From IMG/VR virus record IMGVR_UViG_3300025849_003059, positions 15,929 through 79,928 of that record: a DNA stretch of 64,000 nt, one strand, 5' to 3'. This document shows, piece by piece, positions 29,444 to 38,186 of the stretch (its first letter is position 1; every line of letters starts with the position of its first letter). Both the position numbers and the translations under genes were made by a program. Source of the DNA: a virus. Below the pieces are notes generated by a model. That model was not told where the DNA came from. It searched no databases and saw only the letters and a list, made by a program, of their open reading frames with translations.

Positions 29444-30795
29444 AACTTATAAAATTTAGTTAATTGTGGAAAAATTTCTTCAAAATTTAATTTTCTTCTT
29501 TTATCATATTCTTCTGTAAATAAATAGAAATCTTTTCTATTTCTATTAAGTTTATCAGATTCTGGTTTTATATTCATATATTCTACAAGTCTTTCTAATT
29601 GATTGATTTGTTCTTCTGTTAAAAATGTATCAGATTCCCAATTAGAATTTTTACTTGAGTTAATAAGATTATTAATGTTTTTTTGAAATGTACTTTTTGT
29701 TTCATCATCAAGATTTTGGATTGATAAAAACTCTGGATATCTTAAATAGTTTGTCATAAACTGAACTTTATTGAAATCTACATCATTAATATATTTTGAA
29801 CGTAATTTTAAAATATATCTAATAAAATCATCATAACTTACAACACTTGTTAAATTTACAGTAGTCATTATTGAAAATAAAACATTTTTAACATTAGATA
29901 AAACCTTTTCACAGTTTTTTTCCCATTTTTCTTGAATAGTTCCGAATCTAATGTATTCATTATGTTTACCAGTTGCTTCTCCACTTGTAAATAATTGTAA
30001 TTCTTTTACTTTACCATCTAACTTATTTAGTTTATCAATTAATTTATCAATCAACATATCAGGTATCATAAGATTCGTGTTTATTGAAAAAATTAAATTT
30101 GGATTTGGATTTTCAATTAACTCATCCATTACTTTCCAAGTATCTTTTGATAAAAGTGGCTCACCACCTGTAATTCTTAATGTGTGTAACTTTGGATAAA
30201 GTTCTGGCCACCATTTCCAAAAGGCTTCAACATAAGGATTGTGTTCTGATTTTTTATATGGTATTTTTAAATTATCTTTAAAATAATTTATATCATTATA
30301 TTTTGTAGATGTAGGATACCCTCCAAATTTTTCCACCTCTTCCATCCATGTGGATGATATATCAGGTGAACAATATGCACATTTCATATTACAAGTACTT
30401 GAAAACGAAACTTCCAAATAACTTGGTTCAATATCTTGTGTTCGTTTTTCTAATATCTCATCTTTCTTTACTTGAGAAAATGAGTTTGCTGATTTGTATA
30501 TTCTATCTGAAATATACTCTTTACCCAAATCTTCTATCTTCCAACAATACTCACATTCAGAAGGACGTTGACCTTTCAACATCTGTTTCATCTGCCTTTT
30601 CTTATACTTTGTATTATGTAAGGCTTTATGGTTCTTTTCTAACTCTCTTAGAGGTATTTTGTGAGGGGTTGGGTGATGACACGAATGGTTATAACCATTT
30701 TGTAGGTAAAGTGTTAATTGAGACCACTTTGCTAAACAGAAACTAGTTGAAACTTCATCGAGTTGGTTTCTAATATCATTGTAAAAATTCTTCAT
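29425..30795 (-). CDS. Radical SAM protein (5 of 6)
   Basis: CNMKCAYC and TGGEP; N-terminal FCLAKW...SCHHP...ECEYCW. Confidence 0.9.
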   Translation of the reverse strand: MKNFYNDIRNQLDEVSTSFCLAKWSQLTLYLQNGYNHSCHHPTPHKIPLRELEKNHKALHNTKYKKRQMKQMLKGQRPSECEYCWKIEDLGKEYISDRIYKSANSFSQVKKDEILEKRTQDIEPSYLEVSFSSTCNMKCAYCSPDISSTWMEEVEKFGGYPTSTKYNDINYFKDNLKIPYKKSEHNPYVEAFWKWWPELYPKLHTLRITGGEPLLSKDTWKVMDELIENPNPNLIFSINTNLMIPDMLIDKLIDKLNKLDGKVKELQLFTSGEATGKHNEYIRFGTIQEKWEKNCEKVLSNVKNVLFSIMTTVNLTSVVSYDDFIRYILKLRSKYINDVDFNKVQFMTNYLRYPEFLSIQNLDDETKSTFQKNINNLINSSKNSNWESDTFLTEEQINQLERLVEYMNIKPESDKLNRNRKDFYLFTEEYDKRRKLNFEEIFPQLTKFYKLCQPHI

Positions 30796-32209
30796 TTAGT
30801 TTTTTACATTGATTAAAAAAGTCAACTAACTCTGGAAATGTTTCGTGGAAATTAGTTCCTCTACGTTTATCGTGTGCAGAAATAAAATTGTAAAAATCTC
30901 TACGAGTCCTCTTAAGTGTTTCTTCATCCACTTCTTCGTCAAACCAATCAATAATTCTTTTTATTTTTCCAATTTCAATTTGAGTAAATCCTAAGTAATG
31001 GTCTTTCCAATCTTCAATTTCCCATAAAGGTTTAACCGTATGCATTGTTTCTGCTTGAGTTACAAACTCTTCTAATCTTTCTTTAAACTCTCTTGGTAGT
31101 ATTTTAACAGTTTGATGGTGTGGGTATCTTAAATACGCAGAATCTAATGTTAGGGCAGTTACCCAATATCTATCTGGTGAGTTGTGTAGTGTTTTCATTT
31201 CAAAAACCCACTCTAAAAGTTCACCATAACGTAAAATTGATAGTGCGTTGAAGGTTGACATTATAGCTATTGATAATTTTGTTGTTTTTGAAAGAAGTTC
31301 ATCAACTCTTTTTTGCCAAATAGGGAAATCTAATCCATTTCGTGCATATTCTGCTTGTTCTCCAAAAGTATCTACTGATGTAAATACTGTAAGTTCTTTT
31401 ATTCTTCCACTTTCTTCTAATTCAATCATTTTTGCTAAGAACTTATCGTATATTTTATCAGGTATACCTAAGTTTGTGTTTATAGAAAGTTTTAAATTAG
31501 TGTTTGGATTATCTGTTGTAAGAATGTGTTCTACTACCCTCCAAAAATCAGGTGACATTGTTGGTTCACCACCCGTTATTCTAAAAGTATCCATATCTTT
31601 ATACAAATCTGGCCACCACTCCCAAAATGCATCTACATATGGGTTTGCTTCAGAATGTTTATATGGCATTTTACCATTTTCTTGTAACCATTCTAAGTTT
31701 CCAAAGTTATCTGATGTTGGGTATGCACCATGTTGTTTTATTTCCTCTACCCACTTTGATGAATATTGAGGACCACAATAAGAACACTTAAAATTACAAG
31801 CATTTGAGAAGGCAACTTCAACATATTTTGGATTGTAGTTTTCTCTCCAACCCAATTCTTTGATTTTATCAAAATGTGGTTTAGACCAAGGTTCAAATGA
31901 TTTATAGTGTCTATCAGAAAACTCAGGTCCACTATCTTCAACCTTCCAACAATAATCACACTCTGGTGGTCTTTCGTTGTTAAGCATCATTTTTCTTTGC
32001 TTCTTCTTGTGTCTTGTGTTGTGAAGTGCGGTTGGGTTTCTTTTTAATTCTCTTAATGGAATTTTATGTGGAATGGGGTGATGACACGAGTGTGTTTCAC
32101 CTGTTTGAAGATGTATTGTAACTTGAGTCCATTTTGCTAAACAAAATCCACAACCAACATCATCTAGTTGTTCTCTAAAATCATATAACTGTCCTCTATG
32201 GTCTATCAT
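30776..32209 (-). CDS. Radical SAM protein (6 of 6)
   Basis: CNFKCSYC and TGGEP; N-terminal FCLAKW...SCHHP...ECDYCW. Confidence 0.9.
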   Translation of the reverse strand: MIDHRGQLYDFREQLDDVGCGFCLAKWTQVTIHLQTGETHSCHHPIPHKIPLRELKRNPTALHNTRHKKKQRKMMLNNERPPECDYCWKVEDSGPEFSDRHYKSFEPWSKPHFDKIKELGWRENYNPKYVEVAFSNACNFKCSYCGPQYSSKWVEEIKQHGAYPTSDNFGNLEWLQENGKMPYKHSEANPYVDAFWEWWPDLYKDMDTFRITGGEPTMSPDFWRVVEHILTTDNPNTNLKLSINTNLGIPDKIYDKFLAKMIELEESGRIKELTVFTSVDTFGEQAEYARNGLDFPIWQKRVDELLSKTTKLSIAIMSTFNALSILRYGELLEWVFEMKTLHNSPDRYWVTALTLDSAYLRYPHHQTVKILPREFKERLEEFVTQAETMHTVKPLWEIEDWKDHYLGFTQIEIGKIKRIIDWFDEEVDEETLKRTRRDFYNFISAHDKRRGTNFHETFPELVDFFNQCKKLNEEFLQ

Positions 32210-33654
32210 AAACTGATTTTTATCATATTAACTAGTTTCTTTTTTGATACTTTTTTTTCTTTAAATCTTAGAGTATTTAAACCTTCAATTTTATAATTAT
32301 CAAAATCTTCTCTAACTTCATTATAAAATCTAATTTGATTTTTTCTAGTATCAGAATGTATCCACTTATTTCCAATAGATGAATTTGATTTATGTTTTAA
32401 AGATTTAAATCTACTTTCTCTTCTATGTGGTTTTGGTAGATATGATTTAAAAGATTCTATACCCTTGTATAAATATGTATTGTATAATTTTATGTTATTC
32501 TGCTGAGCTATATCAATACATTCTTCTTTTTTAGAAAATTCTGGTAATATCTGACATAATAAAAATTCTGATGATATGAAGTTATCAAAATTTCTTATTT
32601 TGGGTGTTGTTGGATTTTCGTATATTGATTTAACTTCGTTTGAATCTAATCCAACATCATATATTTCAACTACACCAACTTTTCCAATTAAAAATTCTTT
32701 GTTTGTTTTTTTACTATTAGGTGCACCTACAAATATCTCATCAGTTGATAATTGTAAAATTTCAGTATCCATTTCTATTTTTTCAATCAATTCACCATTG
32801 ACGTAAAATGAAATAAATTTATTATCTTCATATGTCATTGTTAGATGTGTCCATGCTTCACCCATTATATCAGAAGATATTGAATATGCTTTTTTATTCA
32901 AATCATAAGTCTGACAAAAGTATCTACGAAAGGAATTGTAAAATAATCCAATGTTGTAGCCTGGTATAGATAATATTGGGAATTCATCATAATCTTTATT
33001 TTTACTTAATTTTATTTCTTCTGGTTTTACTAAAACTGAAATAGTGAAATCATCTTCCAATAAAATAGAATCTTTTGTTGAAATTTTTATATAACTTCTA
33101 TCACCATCTAATTTGAATGAATGAATTTCACTTACATTGGAATTACCAAACACTTCTTTGTCAATATCCAATCCTGCTTGAATACATCTTATCAATAAAT
33201 CATCATCTTCGAATCCCCATCCCCAATATTCATTGGAGAATCCATTGATAGTTTTAAAATCTTCTTTGGTAAACATTGTTACTCCACCAAAGTAATCAAA
33301 GAATGTTGTTTCGTAATCGTGTTCTTGTAAATGAGTTGCTAAATGTAAAGGTTTATCTGAATATGAGTAATCTACATCTTCTGGTAACATATCAACATCA
33401 TGAAATACAAAATAATCACACCCTTTATCAACGGCATACTTATATCCTGCATTCAGAAGTTTACCTCTATTAAAAGGTTTATCATCTGTCTGTTCAACGA
33501 TGAAGATTTCATAATCAATATCCTTAATATAATCTTTCATATGAGATAAGAACCTTTTCAGTTGTTGTTCTCTATCTCTATATGGAACTATTATACCAAG
33601 TTTATGAGTTATCTTCTTCTCCTTGAGTCTCTTTGTTCTCTTGGATTCTCTCAC
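32206..33654 (-). CDS. GT7 with inserted LamG domain (2 of 3)
   Basis: VPYRDR, FNRGKLLN, HDVDM and WGWGFEDDD; LamG LDGDRSYI; tail EGLNTL. Confidence 0.88.
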   Translation of the reverse strand: MRESKRTKRLKEKKITHKLGIIVPYRDREQQLKRFLSHMKDYIKDIDYEIFIVEQTDDKPFNRGKLLNAGYKYAVDKGCDYFVFHDVDMLPEDVDYSYSDKPLHLATHLQEHDYETTFFDYFGGVTMFTKEDFKTINGFSNEYWGWGFEDDDLLIRCIQAGLDIDKEVFGNSNVSEIHSFKLDGDRSYIKISTKDSILLEDDFTISVLVKPEEIKLSKNKDYDEFPILSIPGYNIGLFYNSFRRYFCQTYDLNKKAYSISSDIMGEAWTHLTMTYEDNKFISFYVNGELIEKIEMDTEILQLSTDEIFVGAPNSKKTNKEFLIGKVGVVEIYDVGLDSNEVKSIYENPTTPKIRNFDNFISSEFLLCQILPEFSKKEECIDIAQQNNIKLYNTYLYKGIESFKSYLPKPHRRESRFKSLKHKSNSSIGNKWIHSDTRKNQIRFYNEVREDFDNYKIEGLNTLRFKEKKVSKKKLVNMIKISL

Positions 33655-33877
33655 TTCCTCTTTCGGGTCTGTTTATACTTCCTTTTGTTCTTGTTTTGAA
33701 AATTTGAAAAAATTCATTCAAATACCACTCTAATCTTTCAGACCATTCTACTAGTCCAACATCCTCGTTGTAATCATTTCGTTCTTCGAGGGCATCTGCG
33801 ATTCTTCCAAAAGCCTTAGCCATCTTTTCATAGGCCTCAACTTTTCTTTCTTCAAAGTTATTATCTTTATCTGCCAT
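33602..33877 (-). CDS. Hypothetical acidic protein (91 aa)
   Basis: ORF between two GT7 genes. Confidence 0.6.
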   Translation of the reverse strand: MADKDNNFEERKVEAYEKMAKAFGRIADALEERNDYNEDVGLVEWSERLEWYLNEFFQIFKTRTKGSINRPERGSERIQENKETQGEEDNS

Positions 33878-33881
33878 AATA

Positions 33882-35339
33882 TTAAGTTATTATTCTTACT
33901 AATTTATATTCACTTCTATCTTGGATATCCATTATTTTATATTTTAATGTAGATAATCCAATTTTTTTATAATCAAGTTCATCTGTTAACACTTCGTTAA
34001 AGAAAATATCAGCATTCTCTTCAATATCAGGGTCATATTCATAATATTTTTCAATAATATTTTCATCATCATCGTGTACTAATGACTTGTACTTACCATC
34101 CAATCTAACTGGTATGGAAATTTCATCTGTTAGGTATATTTCTTCATTTGATAAATTAAAATTACTACCTTCAATATTTAAATGATTGTAATTCTTACCT
34201 GAATCTAATACCACCCTATTTTTATATAACTTATCAAAGTTAAAAAAGTTACTCAATACAATACCATATTTATTTTTTAATAAATCAAGGTTAGATTTTC
34301 CATTATAATATAGGTCAGATACGATATCATCATTTATTTTACTAGAAATACAAAAGATATCTGCTAGTTTAATTTCAGAATTTGTATCTGATATTTTAAT
34401 TGAATGATTTTTATAATCGTATAATTTAAAATCTTTTGGTAAGTTACCACTAACTTTAATATTATTAAGATATAATGATATTTTATCATCATCAAAAGAA
34501 AAAACTGCATGATTCCATGTGTTTTTATAATAAGTTTGACTTATCTCTTGGTGTTTTTCTTTTGTATCCCATATTTGACCTATTAAGTATTTACCATCTG
34601 ATAAAAATAGACCAGAATCACATCCTTCAAACGCAAATAAGTTTTTAGGATAATCACCTCCATTATCTTTAAACCATAATGATATTGTAAACTGTTTTTC
34701 TATATCGTTTTGGGTTAATTTATTTATAACACCATAGAATCTAGTATCTTTTTCGATTTCAACTAAATTTAGTGTTTGTTTTTTTGGATTATTGCTCAAA
34801 TCAACATCTTCAATTCTATATGGTAGGATATCATCATTATTATATTTTGAATATGTTTTGTTTAAATCATAATATACTTCAAGATATGCATCACTTTTTT
34901 CTAATCTATATAATAAATCTAAATCACTAAAACCATAACCATAGTATTCTGGTGAGTAACCATTTGAATTTTCAAAATCTTCTCTATTAATTAACAAAAC
35001 ACCACCCATATATTGAGGATAGGGTAGTTCACCATTATGAGCCTCAACATCATTTGCTAAATGAGTTGGTTCATCAACATAAGAATAATCACATTCATCT
35101 GTCATTGGTAACATATCAATATCGTGGAAACAAAAATAGTTATATTCTGCATCTATTTCCTTAACAACAGCATTACATAGTTTTCCATAATTAAATGGTC
35201 TATCATCTGCTTGTTCAGCTATAAAAATATCATAATCAATTCCTTTACCATCTAAGAATTCATGCATATGAGGAACAAATGTATTTAAATGTTCTTCTCT
35301 ATCTCTATATGGAACGATTATTGCTAATTTATCACTCAT
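33882..35339 (-). CDS. GT7 with inserted LamG domain (3 of 3; degenerate EDDD motif)
   Basis: VPYRDR, FNYGKL and HDIDM; GYGFSDLD replaces WGxEDDD; tail IGLSTLKY. Confidence 0.82.
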   Translation of the reverse strand: MSDKLAIIVPYRDREEHLNTFVPHMHEFLDGKGIDYDIFIAEQADDRPFNYGKLCNAVVKEIDAEYNYFCFHDIDMLPMTDECDYSYVDEPTHLANDVEAHNGELPYPQYMGGVLLINREDFENSNGYSPEYYGYGFSDLDLLYRLEKSDAYLEVYYDLNKTYSKYNNDDILPYRIEDVDLSNNPKKQTLNLVEIEKDTRFYGVINKLTQNDIEKQFTISLWFKDNGGDYPKNLFAFEGCDSGLFLSDGKYLIGQIWDTKEKHQEISQTYYKNTWNHAVFSFDDDKISLYLNNIKVSGNLPKDFKLYDYKNHSIKISDTNSEIKLADIFCISSKINDDIVSDLYYNGKSNLDLLKNKYGIVLSNFFNFDKLYKNRVVLDSGKNYNHLNIEGSNFNLSNEEIYLTDEISIPVRLDGKYKSLVHDDDENIIEKYYEYDPDIEENADIFFNEVLTDELDYKKIGLSTLKYKIMDIQDRSEYKLVRIIT

Positions 35340-36214
35340 ATTCTAATAACCTTTTTTGTTATCGTATCCCAATGTTTATAAGATGAATGTAAATTATCTT
35401 CTGAATCTTGTATGTAAAATTCTTTATCAGATATATCAATCTTATAATCATTTAATTGTATTGCTCTATACATTTTTTTATATTCTTTCCAAAATGTATA
35501 ATCTTCTTTTGTATTCGATACTTCTTTTAACCTATCCAACACAGTAGAATCCCATTTGAAGTGATGAACTTGTACAAACCCACTACCATCTTCTAAAATA
35601 TTTTTTTTGTTTATGTGTCCAATTGGGTATCGTTGTGGATGAAATATACTTCCATATCCCCAAGTATTTTTACCATCTCCTAAATCAACATAGTGTTGTC
35701 CTGCGGTAACATTAACTGAACCTTTCATTACACAAACCTTATTTGGACATGCACCACTCAATGGATTTCTAAAAAATCCAACATTAGGGAACTCTTTCCA
35801 TATATCACTATCTTTCGATATATTTGGGAATTCCCCATTCACACCTATTCTATCCAAAAATCCACCAGTAATAAATGTCCAACCATTTTCTTCACATCGT
35901 TGAATCATTGTTCGTAATGGAATTGGATATATGTGAAACTCATCGTCGTCCGAAACCACCCACCATTCATTTGGTTTTGTTTGTTTTACTTTGTTGTATA
36001 ATTCAGTTACCTTCTCCCAATGAAATTTAGGTTCTGTAACAACCATATAAGGTTCTACACCACACTTCTTTACTTCTTCAAGTATTCCATCATCTTCACT
36101 CTGTCTGTACACTACAACGAAGATTTCATCTACTATCGATTCGTAGTGTTTTATCATATGGGGAAGCAAAGTAGTATTGTGTCCTACTATCGTAACCAAA
36201 TTTATTTTTTGCAT
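35336..36214 (-). CDS. Glycosyltransferase family 2-like (GT-A fold)
   Basis: WWVVSDDDEF DxD motif; VHHFKW. Confidence 0.7.
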   Translation of the reverse strand: MQKINLVTIVGHNTTLLPHMIKHYESIVDEIFVVVYRQSEDDGILEEVKKCGVEPYMVVTEPKFHWEKVTELYNKVKQTKPNEWWVVSDDDEFHIYPIPLRTMIQRCEENGWTFITGGFLDRIGVNGEFPNISKDSDIWKEFPNVGFFRNPLSGACPNKVCVMKGSVNVTAGQHYVDLGDGKNTWGYGSIFHPQRYPIGHINKKNILEDGSGFVQVHHFKWDSTVLDRLKEVSNTKEDYTFWKEYKKMYRAIQLNDYKIDISDKEFYIQDSEDNLHSSYKHWDTITKKVIRI

Positions 36215-36984
36215 TTTTGTATGAATGTTAAACCGGTAGAAGATGGTTTAGATTTAAATATACCATTGTTAAAAAAGTTAAAAACCTCCCAATCTTTATC
36301 TTCTTTTAATTCTTTAATTAATTTTGAAGGTCCTTCTGCAAATTCATCGTGATGATTTTGGTCTGTGATATCTTTTGTTATAATATATTCTTTTTCGAAT
36401 GAATCATCAGTATCGTGTATTGATATTATTCCATGAGGTGAGAGTAATTTGGAATATAATTCAAAATCAAGTTTTACATCCTCGTATGTATGACCGGCAT
36501 CTATATGAAGGTAGTCAATTTTTATATCTTCTTTTACAAAAAAGTTATAATAAGCATTTTCAGTAGTTTCATTTATAATTCTTGGAAAAAACTTTTTTCT
36601 TAGATAGGAATTTTCTTCTAACCAATCTACATTACCTCCAACTCCATTTGCGGCATCTACTAAAAAAGTAACACCGATATCTCCCCAATTATAATCTCTA
36701 TTTCCTTCGAAGATTCCGGCATCATATAAATCAATTCTTGATTGTGTCATGATTCGTGGAATGAATCCACCACCACTCCCTAAACATACACATACTTTTG
36801 CACGAAGATAATGAATAACACTATACACCAACAAACCATCTCCCATACTAAATTCAGTAGCACCATGTGTCCATCTATATGCTAGTGGAGAATGTTCAGT
36901 ATATTCACGACCATCTTCAGCTTTCTTAGTATATAAGTTATTGGTTATAAAATCTTTTATATAATTTAAATTAAGAATATTCAT
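36202..36984 (-). CDS. Class I SAM-dependent methyltransferase (Methyltransf_24-like)
   Basis: VCLGSGGG; IDYLHIDAGHTYEDVKLD...LSPHGIISIHD. Confidence 0.85.
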   Translation of the reverse strand: MNILNLNYIKDFITNNLYTKKAEDGREYTEHSPLAYRWTHGATEFSMGDGLLVYSVIHYLRAKVCVCLGSGGGFIPRIMTQSRIDLYDAGIFEGNRDYNWGDIGVTFLVDAANGVGGNVDWLEENSYLRKKFFPRIINETTENAYYNFFVKEDIKIDYLHIDAGHTYEDVKLDFELYSKLLSPHGIISIHDTDDSFEKEYIITKDITDQNHHDEFAEGPSKLIKELKEDKDWEVFNFFNNGIFKSKPSSTGLTFIQKCKK

Positions 36985-37027
36985 TTAGTGTTTATAGTTA
37001 TAAAGCTTAACCCCCTACCCCCTTGTA

Positions 37028-37035
37028 TATAAATA
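37028..37035 (-). promoter_or_regulatory. TATTTATA motif heading the ~22-kb glycan operon
   Basis: Intergenic copy. No further sizeable intergenic gap occurs until about 14.6 kb. Confidence 0.6.
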
Positions 37036-37063
37036 TATAAAAATATATAAAACGTAAAATAAA

Positions 37064-38143
37064 TTACCAAAAAGAAAGTATTTGAGTTCGGACATTATCT
37101 GCCCATTCTTTTTTATTATCGAATCGTTTCATGAATCCTATTAATTTATCTCTTTCAATTGAACGTTCTTGGTGAGAATCTCGTAAGATTTGTTTGATAC
37201 ATTTATCAAATTCGTTTTTAGTAGATGCTCTATATTTGTAATCTAATTCGGGTGCCCAATCTTTATTAATTATTGGTAATTTTCCATAATCAACCGCCTC
37301 AAAGATACTATATCCAAATGGTTCTCTAAAAGATGCTCCATGAAAAATACCCCAATTTTTTGTGAAAAAAGCATTCTTTATTTTTGGGTCCCATTGGTAA
37401 ATATCTACTGAAGGCATTTGATATCGTGTGGTATCTCTTAAATTTTTTACATCAAACTGACCGGTCAATGCATATCCTTTATCTATACCATGCATCCAAT
37501 GTAAACACTTTCTAGTTTCAGCTCTAGCAGCATAACCAACTGTTCCATTATTAACGTTTGGAGTTAATGAAGCAGGACCTCTGAATTCATAATAGTTTGG
37601 TAAATAATAAGTATAGTTTGGAAAATCTGATAATAATTGAGAACTATTTAAACCTATCCAAATTCTTCTTTTACAAGTTAATAAAAATTCACTATACCAC
37701 TTTTCATCAACTTTTGTTTGAAATTGTAATCTATCTAATTCTGGTAGATATTTCCATATCTCTTTCATATCTTTTGGATATGCATGTACGAAACAAATAC
37801 CAAATATATCTTCAAACTTCCATAAATGTTCTCTCATGTGATAATGAGGATGTAAGAAATGAACCCAATTTGATTCTCTACCCCATTGTTCAGTAATAGA
37901 TGGGTCATCATAGTGAAAGTGAAATCTTAGACCAGGTGGAAGTGATTCTTCTTTAAAATTACTAGGTCTTTTTGAATCAATTAACAATCTATATCTTCTT
38001 TTATTTGGTAGTTTTGTCCATACTTCCTTTAAAAAATTATTTACCCAAATATCTGCTCCACCTTGAACTGTATTTCCTGCACCAGTACAAACTAAAAGAA
38101 TCCAAGGTGTTGATTTTGATGATTTTTTAACAACTTCTGACAT
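37064..38143 (-). CDS. Glycosyltransferase, GT-B/GT4-like
   Basis: REPFGYSIFEAVDYGKLPII matches the GT4 E-x7-E motif; N-terminal GGADIW. Confidence 0.75.
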   Translation of the reverse strand: MSEVVKKSSKSTPWILLVCTGAGNTVQGGADIWVNNFLKEVWTKLPNKRRYRLLIDSKRPSNFKEESLPPGLRFHFHYDDPSITEQWGRESNWVHFLHPHYHMREHLWKFEDIFGICFVHAYPKDMKEIWKYLPELDRLQFQTKVDEKWYSEFLLTCKRRIWIGLNSSQLLSDFPNYTYYLPNYYEFRGPASLTPNVNNGTVGYAARAETRKCLHWMHGIDKGYALTGQFDVKNLRDTTRYQMPSVDIYQWDPKIKNAFFTKNWGIFHGASFREPFGYSIFEAVDYGKLPIINKDWAPELDYKYRASTKNEFDKCIKQILRDSHQERSIERDKLIGFMKRFDNKKEWADNVRTQILSFW

Positions 38144-38160
38144 ATGTTATAACACTTTTA

Positions 38161-38168
38161 TATAAATA
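38161..38168 (-). promoter_or_regulatory. TATTTATA putative late-promoter motif
   Basis: Intergenic, upstream of the 38143 start. Confidence 0.6.
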
Positions 38169-38186
38169 TATTTATTTTGAAATTCT

